A stretch of DNA of 64,000 bases. Origin: a virus. Taxonomy: Duplodnaviria > Caudoviricetes. Positions 18,801-33,800 of this stretch are shown here, in pieces. Numbering within the stretch: position 1 is the first letter of the stretch; the number at the start of each line of letters is the position of its first letter. A program made the translations under genes and the position numbers. The DNA is taken from positions 1 to 64,000 of IMG/VR virus record IMGVR_UViG_2784746770_000001, one strand, 5' to 3'. The notes under the pieces were generated by a model that searched no databases, was not told where the DNA came from, and was given only the letters and a program-made list of their open reading frames with translations.

Positions 18801-21800
18801 ATCATCAAGAGCCTCGACCTGACGCGCCCGGGCGGCCTCGTCGCCGTCGTCACCTCCCGGTACACCATGGACGGCGCCACCGCCCGGGCCGAGGACGCCC
18901 GCATGGAGATGGCGCGCAAGGGCGAGCTCGTCGGCGCGATCCGCCTCCCCTCCGGCGCCCACCGTCGCACCGCAGGTACCGACGTCGTCACCGACCTGTT
19001 GATTTTCCGCCGCCGCGACAAGGACAAGGAGTTCACCACCGGACGCGACCGCAAGGGCGCGGTCAAGCTCGCCCGCGGCAAGGACGACCCGCCGGCGTGG
19101 GTCCACTCCATGAGGGTCACCGACCTCCCCGGCCAGTCCCCGGCGGACAAGGACAACCCCCAGGCCGAGAAGGTCTTCGTCAACCCGTACTTCCTCGCCA
19201 ACCGCGACCGCGTCCTCGGCGAACTCGCCGTCGGCTCCGGCATGTACCGCGACGGCGAGCTCCGCGTCGACGGCGACGGCCACCTGGCCCCCGCCCTCGA
19301 CAAGGCCCTCAAGAAGATCGTCGCCGACGCCAAGACGGACGGCCTGGCCTACAAGAAGGGCGACCGCGACCGCCCCAAGGCCCAGCTCCTCCCGGCCGGC
19401 TCCGACCGGATCGACGGGCACGTCCAGGCCGAAGACGACGGGGCCTTCACCCAGGTCCGGGACGGCCAGATCAAGCCCTACCAGGTGTCCGCCAAGCAGA
19501 CGGACGAGGTACGCCAGCTCCTGGGCCTGCGCGACGCGATGAAGGCCCTCATCGCGGAAGAGGCCCGCCCCGACGCCGACGAGCAGATCATCGCCATGCT
19601 CCGGGCCGACCTCAACGCCCGGTACGACAAGTACCACGGCAAGTACGGCTCCCTGAACCGCTACACCTGGGGCAAACGCAAGGTCACCGACCCGGTCACC
19701 GGCGAGACCGTCGAGAAGGCCACGAAGAGCCGCCCGCAGATGGGCGGCATCATGACCAAGGACCCGACCATGGCGGTCGTCCGGTCCCTCGACACCTTCG
19801 ACATCACCACGGGCCAGTCGAAGAAGTCGTCGGTCTTCACCAAGCGGCAGGCCGTCCACCGCACCATCTCCGACCGGGCGGACTCCCCCGAGGACGCCAT
19901 GGCGCTGGTCCTGGAGGAACACGGCCGCCTCGACGACGAGGCCCTGGGCAAGGTCCTCGGCCTGTCGCCCGCAGACGCCCGGGTCCGACTCCTCGAAGCC
20001 CGCTCCAAGGACCCCGACAGCGGCCGCGAGTGGCCGCTCGTCTTCGAGCCCCACAACGGCGGCGACCTGATCCCGGCCGCCGACTACCTCTCCGGCAACG
20101 TAAGGGCCAAGCTCGCCGAGGCCCAGCAGAAGGCCGGCGAGAACGCGGCCTTCGAGGTCAACGTCCGCCACCTCGAAGAAGTCCTCCCGCCCGAGATCTC
20201 CCCCGGCGAGATCGACGCCCCCATGGGCGCCGCATGGCTCGGCGCCGAACCCGTCCAGCAGTTCCTCCGCGAGACCCTGCGCGACCGCAACATCCGCGTG
20301 TACTACCACGGCGGCTCGATGTGGAAGGTCGAAGCGCCGGACGCCACGAAGAAGGGCCGCGCCGCCACAGCCCTGTGGGGCACCAAAGAGTGGAACGCGA
20401 TCAAGCTCGCCGAGGCGATCCTCACCAACGGCCGCATCCAGGTCCGCGTCAAGGACGACAACGGCGGCTCGTACATCGACGAGGAAGCGACCGGCGCCGC
20501 GCAGGCCAAGGCCGAGGAGATGCGCGAGCGCTTCCAGGACTGGCTGTGGGAGGAGCCGAAGCGCTCCGACGCGATCAAGAAGGCGTACAACGACACCCAC
20601 AACAACCTGGCACTGCGCTCCTACGACGGCCAGCGCCGGACGATGCCCGGCCTCGCCGACTGGTTCAAGCCGCACGCGCACCAGCACTCCGCCGTCGCGC
20701 GCATGGTCAACGAGCCCGCCGTCCTTCTCGCCCACGAGGTCGGCGCCGGCAAAACGGCCGAGATGACCATGGGCGTGATGGAGCTCCGCCGCCTCGGGCT
20801 CATCAACAAGGCCGCGATGGTCGTCCCGGGGCACATGCTGCAGCAGTTCCACGACGAGTTCGTGGAGCTCTACCCCCAGTCCGCCGGCCGGATCCTCACG
20901 GCCTCCAGCGACGACCTCCAGGGCCGCAAGCGCCGCGAGTTCATCGCGCGGGCCGCGACCGGCGACTGGGACGCCGTGATCATGACCCAGACCGCCTTCG
21001 AGTCGATCCAGATGCGGCCCGAGGCGCAGCTCGCCTACATCGAGCGCGAGAAGGCGTCCCTGGAGCGGGCGCTCAAGCGCCAGAAGGCCGCGGAGGAGAA
21101 GGAAGAAGGCCGCCGGGGGCGCTCCGAGTCCCGGATGGTCAAGGAGATCCAGAACCGGCTCAAGAAGCTCGAAGCCAAGATCGAATCCAAGATCGCGGCG
21201 TCCAAGGACACCGCCGGCCTCTACTTCGAGGACACCGGCATCGACTACGTGGTCGTCGACGAGGCGCACCACTACAAGAACCTCGCCACCGCCTCCTCCA
21301 TCCAGGGCGCCGCGATCGAGGGCTCCAACCGGGCCTCCGACCTCGACATGAAGCTGGAGTACCTGCGGTCCAAGACGTCGTCGGGCCGCGTGGTCACCTT
21401 CGCCACCGCCACCCCGATCTCGAACTCGGTCACCGAGGCGCACACGATGCTGCGCTACCTGCGGCCGGACCTCCTCGAAAAGGCGAAGATCCGCGACTTC
21501 GACGACTTCGCCTCCACCTACGGAAAGATCGTTTCCGGCGTCGAGCTCGCGGCGGACGGCTCCGGCTTCAAGGAAGTCTCCCGGTTCGCCGCGTTCCGCA
21601 ACATGCCGGAACTCATGAGGATCTGGCGCACCGTCGCGGACGTGAAGACCGCCGAGGACCTGCACCTCGACGTCCCGGACATCGCCGGCGGCAAGGCCGT
21701 CACCATCACCGTCGACCCCACCGACGCACAGATGGCCTACCAGCAGCAACTCGCTGCCCGCGCCCGCGCTGTGAAGAGCGGCGCCGTCGATCCGTCCGAA

Positions 21801-24800
21801 GACAACATGCTCAAGATCAGCTCGGACGGGCGAAAGGTTTCTCTCGACCCGCGGATGGTCGGCATCGATGAGGTCGGCAACAAGCTCCCTGCGGCCGCCG
21901 ACAACATCCAGCGGATCTACGAGCAGACCAAGGACGCGGTCTACCCCACTTCGAAGAACGACGACACGCCGCACGAGACGCCCGGCGCCCTTCAGATCGT
22001 GTTCCTCGACATGGGCACCCCGAAGGACCCGGGGCGCAAGAAGAAGGGGAAGAAGGGCGCGGCCCCGGCCGATCTGGAGGAGATGGCGGAGTCCAACTTC
22101 GCCGCCTACGACGAGCTCAAGTCCCTGCTGGTCGAGCGCGGCGTGCCCGCCGACAAGATCCGCTTCATCCACGAGGCGAAGAACGATGCCGAGAAGGCCC
22201 GGCTCTTCGACGACGCCCGTACCGGCAAGATCGCCGTCCTCGTCGGCTCCACCACCAAGATGGGCACGGGCACCAACGTCCAGCTGCGTGCGACCGCCCT
22301 GCACCACCTGGACTGTCCGTGGCGGCCCGCCGACCTGGAGCAGCGCAACGGACGCATCGTCCGGCAGGGCAACGCGAACCCCGAAGTGGCGATCTTCCAG
22401 TACGTCACCGAGCAGTCCTTCGACGGCTTCTCCTGGCAGACCGTGGCCCGGAAGGCGAAGTTCATCCGCCAGCTCATGAAGGGCAACCTCACCGACCGCA
22501 CCGTCGAGGACATCCCGGACGGCATCTTCAACCCCGAGCAGGTCACCGCCATGGCGACCGGCAACGCCTACCTCCTGGAGCAGGCGAACGTCCGGGCCTC
22601 CCTCGCCGTCCTCCAGCGGAAGTTCAAGGGCTACCTGCGGGCGCAGGAGGGCTTCCGATCCACGATCCGGAACGCCGAGCGACTGCGCGAGCACACCGAC
22701 AACCTCGTCGCGAAGCTCCAGGACGTTGCTGCACGGAAGAAGGACACGCGAGGCGACGCCTTCGAAGCCACCATCGGCTCGACGACTTTCACCAAGCGCC
22801 AGGAGGCCATGCAGGCCCTCGCCACTGCGGCGAAGGCCGTCATCCGCGCGGGAGACAAGAACCCGCACGCCCAGCATCCCGAGCACATCATCGGCAAGAT
22901 CGGCAACATCGACATTACCGCCGAGTACAAGCGGGACTGGAGCCGTCCGTACGGTCGGCAGGGCACGGTGATGATCTCCCTTCCCGACGTGCCCCAGAGC
23001 ACCCGCCTGTACGGCGAGGACGACTTCGACGAAGGCGCGACCGTCCCGCTCACCCGTCTGGAGGACTTCCTCGCCGGCGTCGAAACCGCCATCGCCCGCG
23101 CCCAGTCCGACCTCCGAGTCGAGGAACGCAACGCCGTAGATGCCCGGCTCCGCGTAGACAAGCCATTCGAACAGGCCGACGAGCTGGAGGCCGCCGAACG
23201 TCGCAGCAAGCTGGTCGCTGCAGCCATCCGCGAGCAGAGCCGCGAGGTCTCCAGCCCCGAAGCCGCCGCCGCCAAGCGGTCCCGCATGGAGGAGATCGAG
23301 CACAACCTCCGCGAGGCCCGCATAGCCGCCGGCGAAGACCCGGCCGACGCGGACGACCCCGCCCAGGCCCAGGACACCGACCTCCTGCCGCGCACCCCGG
23401 CGCCGCCGTCCATCACCACCGACGCCAAGGGCACCACCCGCATCCTGTGGCCGGACGCCGAAGAGCGGAAGAAGCGCCGCGCCCGCGAGAAGGCAGAACG
23501 CGACGGGACGCCCCTGCGCGAGGACAGCACAGAGTCGGGCGAGGGCGAGGAGCTGACGCCGGAGAAGGTCCGCTCCGACCTCAACTCGATCAAGCCCGAC
23601 GTGGCCCCGGAGCCGAAGCCGGACAGTGACGAGAACACGGCCCCCGGAGCCGCCGAGCCGGACGAGGGCGACGTGGAGTCGGGCGAGGGCGAGGAGCTGA
23701 CGCCGGAGAAGGTCCGCTCCGACCTCAACTCGATCAAGCCCGACGCGGCTCCGGAACCGGAGAGCACGGACACCAGCCAGGCCGCGGACGATAACAAGTC
23801 CGACACCACGAACGTCGGCCAGACGACGCCCGACCGCCTGGAGGCGAGCGAGGGCCAGCCCCTTGCTCCAACAGCGGACGACGAGTCCCGGGACGAGCAG
23901 CCGACGGGCACTTCCGCCCCTGCCAGCGCCGAGGCTCCGGCCCGCGACCTTCCTGCCGTGAACGATCCGGTCCTGAGCCCCGACGGCCCGGGCGAAGTCA
24001 TGGCCGTCAACCCCGACTCGAACTCCGTCCTCGTACGAGCTGAGCGCGGTACCCGCGTGCACAAGCTGGAGGACATTACCCGCCCGGACGGCACCCCGTT
24101 CGGCGGAGACCCCACCGCGAAGACCAAGGCCCGCGAGAACGCCGAGAAGATCGCCCAGGCGTCCACGCCCGAGGGACTGGAACTCTCCACCGGCAACCGC
24201 CTCCGTGACCTCGACATGGACGCCGGCCACGGCACCATCGTGGACTCCGAGGGCAACACCGTCGGATGGGTCCGTGCACGCACCGGCGACGACGGCCGCC
24301 GCTACTGGTGGGGCCAGGACGCCAACGGCGGCTCCCCCGCCGACATGCAGTGGCACGAGGAACTGCCCGACCAGGCCGGCGCACCCCCGGTCCGCGCCGC
24401 ATCGGTCATCCGCGACGGACTCGATGACCGTCGCGCCAAGTACACCGGCAACGATGACGAGAACGGAAAGCCGGAGCGGGAGAAGCGCAAGCTGATCACC
24501 CCCGATCGGGCCATCACCGAGATGACCCTCACCGAGGCGCAGGTACGGGAACTCGGCAAGCTCACCCTGTCCGGCCAGTACGCCGACGGCACCCCGATCG
24601 ACACCCTGCCGTGGAACCCCGGGCACCGCCGCTACAGCCCCTACTCCGCCCAGGCAGGAGCCATCGCCGCCGCTGCGCGCGAGGCCGCTGCACAGCAGCC
24701 CGACACTCCGGAGGGACGCCGGGTCCGCAAGGTGCTCCTGGGCGCCGCACGGAAGATGGAGTTCCAGCAGTACGACTCGGCACGTCGCGCCGCCACGATC

Positions 24801-27800
24801 CCCGCCGTCGGAAAGCCCGACCCGTACGACAAGCCGTACGTCCCCCGGCCCGAGGACGATGATGCGGAGGAATCCAGTACCCCCGCATCGCAGAACGACG
24901 ACACCCAGCCCGCCGACTCCGACGGAGAGGGCACGGAGCCGACCGAAAGCGAGAAGACTTCCGCAGACGGCGAACAGACGAACGTCTCTCCGGACGCCCT
25001 CACCCCTGGCGACTACGTTCGCGTCGAGACGCAGAACACGGCCGGCAACACCGTCGTACGCGAGGGCCACCTGCTCGCTGTGCCGAAGCAGGTCACCGCC
25101 ACCCGCAACAGGGAAAAGATCCAGGCTTGGCGCCTCCACCTCGGCCAGGAGGGGGAACAGCCGTCGACGCAAAACGGGATCACGATCCTGAGGGAGCAGC
25201 AGGTCGAACGCCTGACTCCGCCAGTACCGGAGACCCGCGACGAGGAGGAGCACACCAACACCCTCGGCTGGAAGGGACCGGAGGAGACGCGCGAGAAGGT
25301 TGGCCAGCACGACGGCAAGGACGTCGAGGTCGGCGAGCTGCACGTTGCCGGCTCCGAAGCCCACCGTGCCGTGTACCTGGACGGAAAGCGCATCGGCCGC
25401 CTCGACGCGGCCAACGGAGCGTGGCGGGCGCACCACGACGAGCACGGGGACGTCGGCAACCGCTTGTTCATGGGCTACAAGAACGACTGGGAGAACGGTT
25501 CGTACGAGCCGCACGACCCCACACGGGAGGCTGCGCTCACCGTCGCTCGGTCTCACGAGAACGGTCCGGAGGGCCCCCGGTTCTTCAGCCACGATGGTCG
25601 AGCAGTCCCCCAGAACGAAGCCGAGCAGATCGTGGCGGCGCACCTGGACCCGCGGCTGGGCGACCGTTGGAAGGTCTCCGACATCAAGCGTGGCCGAGCT
25701 GACGTCTACGTCGACCACAACCTTGCTGGCGAGATCGCCGGCGCGCGCGACCGCTGGCAGGTCGTGGGTGAGAACGGTCAGCCGGACGGCATCGTCTACC
25801 CGACCAAGGAGGCCGCCGCGCAGGCACTGGCGGCAAACTCGCCTCTGCTGGCCATCAAGCCGAGCCCTAACTTCCACTTCCCCGACTACCCGGACACGCT
25901 GACGGATCCCGAGCTCGACAACTGGATCGCCGCGTCGAAGAAGTGGCTGGTCGAGGATGCCCCGCACCTCCCGGCCGGCGCAGCCACCCCTGTCTGGGTG
26001 CGGAACAACCTGAGCAAGCTGGAAGGTCTCCGCGAGAAGCGCGACGCCCGCCGCACCGACGCCCCCCGAGAGTTTGCCACCGACGGGGAATGGCGCGACG
26101 CCATCAAGCCGATCGGCGACGTCGAGCTGGAGGTGTACACCGCCGCCCGCCATGCCTGGCCCGGCCGAGATGAGGTGCCCGCGACCGCCCACCGGCTCCA
26201 CGACGCCGTCATGAAGGCGATCGCAGCCCAGGAGGTCAACGACTTCGACGACGCGGCGACCTACCTGCGCAACGCAGTCGAGCACGCCAGCCGCCTCCGC
26301 GGCTCTCTCGACGACGAGCAGCGTGGCCACCTGGACGAGCCATTGACCAAGTTCACCGCGGCGGTCGAGAGCTATCTGCGGTCGCATGACGCGACGGCGA
26401 ACCGTCGACAGAGCTGGCGTGAGGAGGAGCGGGAGGTCAACGAGCGGTTCTCCGCTCAGGCCCGCGAGCAGACTGACCGGAACCGGGCCCCCGCCCCGGA
26501 GCACAGCAGCGAGGACGACTCGGCCAACACCGCAGAGAGCCAGACCGCTCCGACCGCGGAGCAGGAGGCGAGCAGTGGTGGCCACCGTTGGGGCAGCGGG
26601 GACGCCGTGATCACGCCGGGCGGAGAGCGTGGCACTCTGGCCAACCCTCCGATGTTCGGTACCGCGATGGTTCGTCTGGATGACGGCCGCTACGAATCTC
26701 ATCCGCTCGCAGAGCTGACGCCGGTCGGGCCGACGTCGGAAGAACCCACGGGTCTCCCGGATGACCTGGACGTGCAGTGGCAGGCTCTTGCCGACCTCGC
26801 ACCCGATGCGCCTGCTCTCATCGGCGCCAGGGGCAATCTGCGGCAGGCAGCGGAAGCTCTCGCCGCCGGAGACCAGGAAGCGGCATCCGACAATCTGGGC
26901 AAGGCCGCCCGCATCATGTGGCCGTTCAACGGCGGCGACTCCTCCGACTGGAATGCCGCTGCGCGTGACTTCTCCATAGCCGCGGACCACGCAGCCGCGC
27001 GCCTGACGCCGCTCCGAGAAGGCGAGCGTCTGGCGACGTACGGCGAGCTCAAGAAGGGCGACATCGTCCGCCGGCCGGATTTGGACGACTATTACCGCGT
27101 CGACGAGGACGCCCACTCTCGGGGCCGAGAGTGGGAGACGTGGTACGCGCAGAGCACTCTCGTCAACGATGGCCAGCACGGGGGCGGGTTCGGCTTCCAG
27201 CCGGCCGCCCACAGCATGATCGTGGCCGACGAGAACTCCCCCGCAGTCAGGGAGTACATCGCCAAGGAAGAGAGGAAGCTCGCCGACAAGCGGGCGGAGA
27301 AGGAGCAGATCGCCGCTGAACAGGAGTCGCGACGGCAGGAAGCCGCGCGGGCCCGCAACGACGAACTCCTGGCACAGGCCGACGGCGATGCGGTCGAGCC
27401 GGAGGCCCTGAGCAAGGGCGATCGGATCACCGTGCACGAGGGCCGCAACAACCGGGGCCAGACGGTCACCGTGTCCGGCCGGCTGCTTGCCGAGCCGGAA
27501 AAGGTCACCGCGACCCGCGCCGGCAAGAAGGTGCCGTCGTGGCGCCTGTACGTCGGTGAGGAGGGCGACGAACTGCGCCCCGGCACGATGTACACCGTCG
27601 AGCGCGGCGAGCGCGTGGAGCGCCACACTGACGCGACGCCCGCATCTGCGGCTGAGGAACAGAACCAGGACGGCGACGACAACCTGGAAGAGGCTCTCAC
27701 TGCCCAGGTCAGCAGCTTCCTCCGAGCGGTGCGCCGACGGGACAGGAAGCCACGGCGCGACCCGGTTGCGAACAGTTACGACTTCAACCGTGGTCGGATC

Positions 27801-30800
27801 GAGCAGGCGTACAGGAACAACGTGGACCGGCCCAGGCTGGACCCGGACATCAGCGACGCGCCGGACGCGGAGTTCGTGGACGTGGACCAGCTTCAGATCG
27901 GCGACCGAATCCGCTTCGAGACTGTGGAGTACCCCTCTCAGCGGCAGGTGACCCGGGAGGGCTATCTCCTTGCGCGGCCCCAGATCGGGCTGCACTACCG
28001 CGGAGAGGGCAGCACCCAGTACCCCGGATACCGGATCTGGCTCGGTGAGACCCCCGATGAGGAACCGGGCGACTTCAAGAACATGCGCGTGCTCCTGGTA
28101 GGCGACAAGGTGGCCCGCCTGCCGCACATCGACTCCGCGGATTCGGAGGAGCGAGACCCGAACCGGCCGGACGAGAACGGGGAGAACGAGGAATCGGACC
28201 GTCCAAACCGTGACGGCCGCCGCGACGACCGCAACGGCCCCAACGAGATCAGCGGCGGCAACGATGGCGACGGAGGCGGCGACGCTCCCGGCCCGGAAGG
28301 TGACGCCGACGCCGACGATGACCAAGGCGAGGAGGAGCCCGACTCCGATGAGCGTCGCCGCCGGCGCCGCGACCGGAACCGTGACCGGAATCGTGGGGGA
28401 CGAGACGGCGGTACGCCGAACGGCGGCCTGCCGGACATCCCCGGCCGCGATCGCGACCGGGACCGCAGCCGGGGCCGTGACGACCGCGACCGTTCCGGCA
28501 ATGCAGACGCGCCCGATCTGGACGGCCTGAGGAGCCGCTACCGCTCCGGTGACGCCCCTACTCCGTCCGGTGCGGACTCGCAGGAGCACGCCGCCTACCT
28601 GCGGCATCTCGCTGACAACGACACCCTGTCGCTCTCTCCCGGCGGCGGGCTCATCACCTGGTCCGACGACAGCGGTCGCACCTGGCAGTTCGGCCACGCC
28701 GTCAGCGGCACTCGCCTGACCGGTTGGGAAGCCGATGGCGAGCAGATCGGCGGCCGCGACGGCGCCGTCCGCCTTGCTGGCGAGTACGAGAACTTGCGGA
28801 ACGAGGACGGCGGTCTGATCAACTGGGCCGCTCCGGAGCTCGACCTGGAGGACCTGCGCGCCTGGGTAGACGCCGAGGGCAATCCCCTCAGCCTGGCCGT
28901 CGAGGAGACCCGCCAGAACGTCATCCGTACGCGGCCCCACGGCTCGACGGGGCAGCAGGAACGGCAGACCGGTGCGGACGTCCCCGGCAATGATGACGAC
29001 CGCAGCGCTTCAGAGCCGGCGGACAACAGGCAGCTGAACGCCGCTGACGGCAACCAGACCGGCAGCGACACCGAGGGTGTGGCGCCTGGCGCTGCTGACG
29101 CCGCGCAGTCCCAGTACGCCGTCAACGCCATCCATTGGGGCGACCCGGCGCAGCGCCGCGCCGGATTCGTGGACGGCCGTCGGATCCCTACGGCGACGGA
29201 CTTGAAGCAGTACGAGACCGGCGAGAGCAAGATCATCAGCGAGGAGGGTGAGCGCGTCCTGTTCGGGTCGCCCGAGCAGATGCGAGCGCTGGCGTCCGAA
29301 GGTCTTGTGCCCGGACCGGTCATGCGGAGTGACGGTGCTGGCCAGGTCTGGCGGAACGGCCGTCTGATCGGCACCCTGACGGCACCCCACCAAGTCTCGA
29401 ACTCGCAGAACCCCGAAGAGGTGTGGTGGAGCACGACCCCGTTCAGCGACGGTCCGCACTTCAGCACGCGGGAGGCGGCCATCGCCCACCTTGTGCTGCG
29501 CGACATCGAACGCGGTGAGCCGGACCTCGGCATCGTCCACCCCGACCTCGCCAGCAGGCTTGCCGGTGTGGATGAGCGTCTGGCGTTCCCGGACGACTTC
29601 CGGGGCCTGGAGACGCTGACCAACAACCCGGGCGACCTGGCGCGCTACGAGGCGCTGCGCAAACTGATGTCACAGCTCGGTCGAGGCATCACGCCGAGTG
29701 GCAACGTCGCGGAAGATTTGGCCCAGCTCCACGATGAGCTGCGCTGGCTGAACACCAAGCACTACAAGCACCAGCCGCCTAACCTGAAGGACCGGTACAT
29801 CCTCGGCCCCGGCTGGCTCGCCGACCAGATCAGCGAGTACCTGGACGTCTTGCGGCCGGAAGACCCGCGAGCGCAGCACCACGAGGCCCGCAAGAACCGC
29901 GCTGCCCAGCAGGTACTCGAAGAGCTGGCGACGCCCGGCTGGGAGGACAACGCCGAGCGTGTCCAGGCTCGGGACCTGCGGGAAGGCGACATCGTCTTCC
30001 TCGAAGGCCGCATCACGGGCCTGTACCCGGGCGCCACCGGCCGACAGCTCGGCTACGTCATCGGGGAGCCGAAGAAGGTCAAGTTCACCGCGGACAAGGT
30101 GCGCTACCAGGGGTACAAGATCGCAGTCGCCAAGCACCCCTTCGAGGCCACCCGGCACCCCGTGGACGGGAAGACCTTCCTGATCCCGGACGACCAGGGG
30201 CCCCTCCTTCGCCTCGCCCGAGCCGAAGACGTCCACTTCCCGCTCGATCAGCACGAGTACGGACGGCAGGTTGGCGAGACCCCGAGCATGGGCACGGATC
30301 CCCGAGGCGCTGCCCTGGGTGGCGTTCCGGGCACGGCGGACGCCGACGCGGCTCCGGCCCCTCGTGACATAGCCGGTGACGCCGACAGCGCGTCGCCGTC
30401 CTCGGCCGTGGACAGCGACGACGATGTGACGCCGTCCTCGACTGCGTCGACCCCGAGCACAGCCTCTACGAACGAGAACACCAGCACCCGGACGCGGCAG
30501 CGAACGAACGCCGCCCCGGTGGTTCCGGGCAACGACAGCGCTGGCGCCGGCCGCACAAACCAAGAGGAGGCAGAGAACGAACCCGACACCGAGGCGGAGT
30601 CCCAGGGCGCGCCCGAGCCGGTCGGCGGCCGCCGCGCCGAGTGGGTGAAGGTCTCCGACCTGGCCCTCGGCAACCTTGTACGCATCGACGGCATCACCAA
30701 GGCGCGGGGAACCGCCCGCACCTTGACCGGATTCGTCGTCGACGGCCCCAAGGAAGTCCCCACCGAGAAGGCCCGCCGCGTCCAGAACAAGCTGCGGCTG

Positions 30801-33800
30801 CTGATCTCCGACACCCCTGACGGCCGCGGAGGAACCCGTCAGTCGATCTGGGTTCCCAAGGACGCCACGGCCGCCCGTGCGACCGACGACGAGGCCGACG
30901 CCCCGGACGGCACGCCGCCCACCGGCGCCGACTCCGACGTGCTCACCGGCCGCATCGCCGACCGTGTCCCCACCGACAACTCCGGCCGCGGCCTGTTCCC
31001 CGGCTCGATCGTCACCGACAACCGCGGGAACGAAGGCACAGTCACCGGCGCGACCGACAGCACGGTCTCCGTCCGATGGGGCGACGACCGTGACGACGAG
31101 GACATGACCCCCTCGGCGCTCACCCTCACCGACGGCGGCGCGGCCCGTCCCTCCGGTTGGACCGAGGACGGCCACCGCGTGCGGCCCGGTCACGTCGTCA
31201 CCGACCGGGCCGGAACTCTCCTGGGCACGGTGGAAGAGGTCGACGGGGACACTGCGACCGTCGCCACCCCCGACGGCATGCGCGACACCCCGATCGCCGA
31301 CGTGCGCGTTGCCGGCGGTGTTGCCGACGCTCCCCAGCCGCCGGCGGCCGCCGTCCGGCTGGAGCGAGTTCCCGCCAGCGAATTGCGCGAGGGCGACGTG
31401 ATCCTCGTGGACGACGGCATCAACGGCCTCGCCCCGGTCACGGTGACGCAGAAGGAACAGGTCAGCGACAACCACGTCCGCATCACCGCCACAGACCCCG
31501 CCACCGGCCGTCAGCACACCCTGAACGGATCGCCCACCTCCCCCTACAGCCGGGTCGTAGACGAGAACGGCGCCGCTCCGGTGAACGCACCGGACGACTC
31601 CGAGGACAACAGCGAACTGACCAGCCACGAACCGGTGCCGCCCGTCACCCCGGTGGTCGGCCCCACCGTTGACCCGCAGCTGGCCCCGGAGGAGCGCGAC
31701 GCGGTCGACGGACTCGGCGAAGCACCGCTCGACGACCCCGACACTCAGCAGGGAGCCGCCCGTGTCGCCTCCGACCTGCCGCTCACGCCCGGACAGGCCA
31801 CCTCGCTGGCCGGAACCCTCCGCGAGCACGCAGACCCGGCCACCCCCGAGGGCCGCGCTGCGCAGCGAGCCGCCGACCACCTCGACGCCGCCGCCGGCCA
31901 GACCCCGGAGGCCACCACCGCGCCCGAACCCGGCACGATCGGCGCTGTCGGCGTCGGCGACCACATCACCCTCCCCGACGAGTTCGAGGCAGACAAGACC
32001 ACCTCCTACAAGGTCGTCGCCATCGCCGAGCTGCCCGACGGCATGCGGTACTTGACGCTGGAAGACGGCGACGGAATCCGGGTCCGACGGACCCTCGCCG
32101 CTTCCGACCCGCTGTGGCAGGTCCCCGACCCCTCCATCCCGGCATCGGACCTGGACGAAGAGCAGCGCGACCCCAACCCGGCGCCGGACCCGGACCGCAT
32201 CACCAGCGACTACCGCGACTCCGTCGTCCGCGCCGTCGTCGAGGCGGCTCTGGGAGGCACCAACGAGCCCGGCAGCATCCACAAGCTGCGCCAGGACGTC
32301 GCCGAACGCCTCACGCCGCAGGCCCTCACGCAGCCGATGAAGCACGCCCGCGAGGACGCCAAGCAGGCCATCGACGGCGCCGGCATCACCGGCGATGAGC
32401 GGGTCGCGCTGCTGCGCAGCCTTCGCCCGGAAGCGGCCCGGGCCCGCCAGGACGCCATCAAGGCCGCCCTGCGCACGCTCAACGACCTGGAACCGCTGGA
32501 CGGGGAGAGCGAGCAGGACACCGCGCGGCGTGCCGCCGACCTGCTCCGCCTCATCCCGGCCGCCCTGCGCGACCAGTACTCCCAGCAGGACACCGACACG
32601 GACACCAGCCCCGAGGTCGACGCCGCGGTCACCGAGCACGTCGACAGCGCCGTCGGTGAAGCCCTCGCGCAGGCCGCCGACGGCCAGCCCCTCACCGAGG
32701 AGCGCCGCGCGCAGATCGTCGCTCAGCTCGCTGAGCAGATGGCCGCGAACCGGGATGAGACCGCACAGCGGATCGCCGCCGCTCTGCCGCCCGGACAGCG
32801 CGCCGGCGTACTGCCGCACATCCTCGCCGCCCTTGTCTTCATCGCCCGGAAGATCGTCGCGATCGTGGCCGCTTTCCTGCGGGGTATCGCACGGGCCTGG
32901 CGGGGGAGCCGGGAAGCCCTGAGCAAGCTGAGGGAGAAGGCCGCCCGGTTCCGCCGTAGCCTCGCCGAGCGGGTGCGTTCCTGGCCCGAGAACCGGCGCC
33001 TTCGCCGCCTGGCTGCCAACGCGCTGCCGCAGCCCGACGACGGCGCCGACCTTGCCGACCGCATCGCGCACTGGACGCGGCTCCTGCCCGCGCCCGGCCG
33101 CTTCGGGCAGGTCTCCCGCCGCGCCCGCTGGTACAAGCCCGCCCGCCGGGCAACCCTGGAAGCCGGGCAGCTCCCGGAGATCCAGGACGGTCTGCGATGG
33201 CTCCCGGACCGGGCCGCCGACCGCGGCCCCGGCCGTGAAGCCCTGCGCCACCTGGCCGCGCTGCGGGCCGCCGGCGCGGATGTGGACGGCGACCTGACCG
33301 CCCGCCTTGCAGCCGCTCACCCGGAACTCGGCGCCGCCCCGCACAGCTCCGTCCGGGACGCGATGGACTACGCCGCCATCGCCGAGCGGCGCCTGCGGGA
33401 CCTCACCGCGGCCACCGCTGCAGGCACCGACACCGACGGCGAGCTCGAAGCCGCCCGGGTCGAAGCCGCGGGCGCCCGCCGGGACGCGGCGCGGCTCCGC
33501 GACCTGTACGCCGCCGCCCTGCCGGACGCAGTCCGCGACGTCCTGTCGCAGGTTCGGGAGATGGGACCCGGCGGCGCGTCCGCGCTCGTCGTCACCGACG
33601 ACAGCGACCGGGACGCCGCACGGATCCTCACGGACATCCAGCAGTTCATCCCCCGAGACTGGCTCACCCCCGCGAGCAGCCGCATGATCACAGCCCGGGA
33701 CGGCCAGGCCGGCGGGTACGACGCACACAGCCGGACGGCAACGATCGCCGACCTCGGCGATGACGGCCGAGTTACCGCCATCCACGCGCTGGTGACCCAC

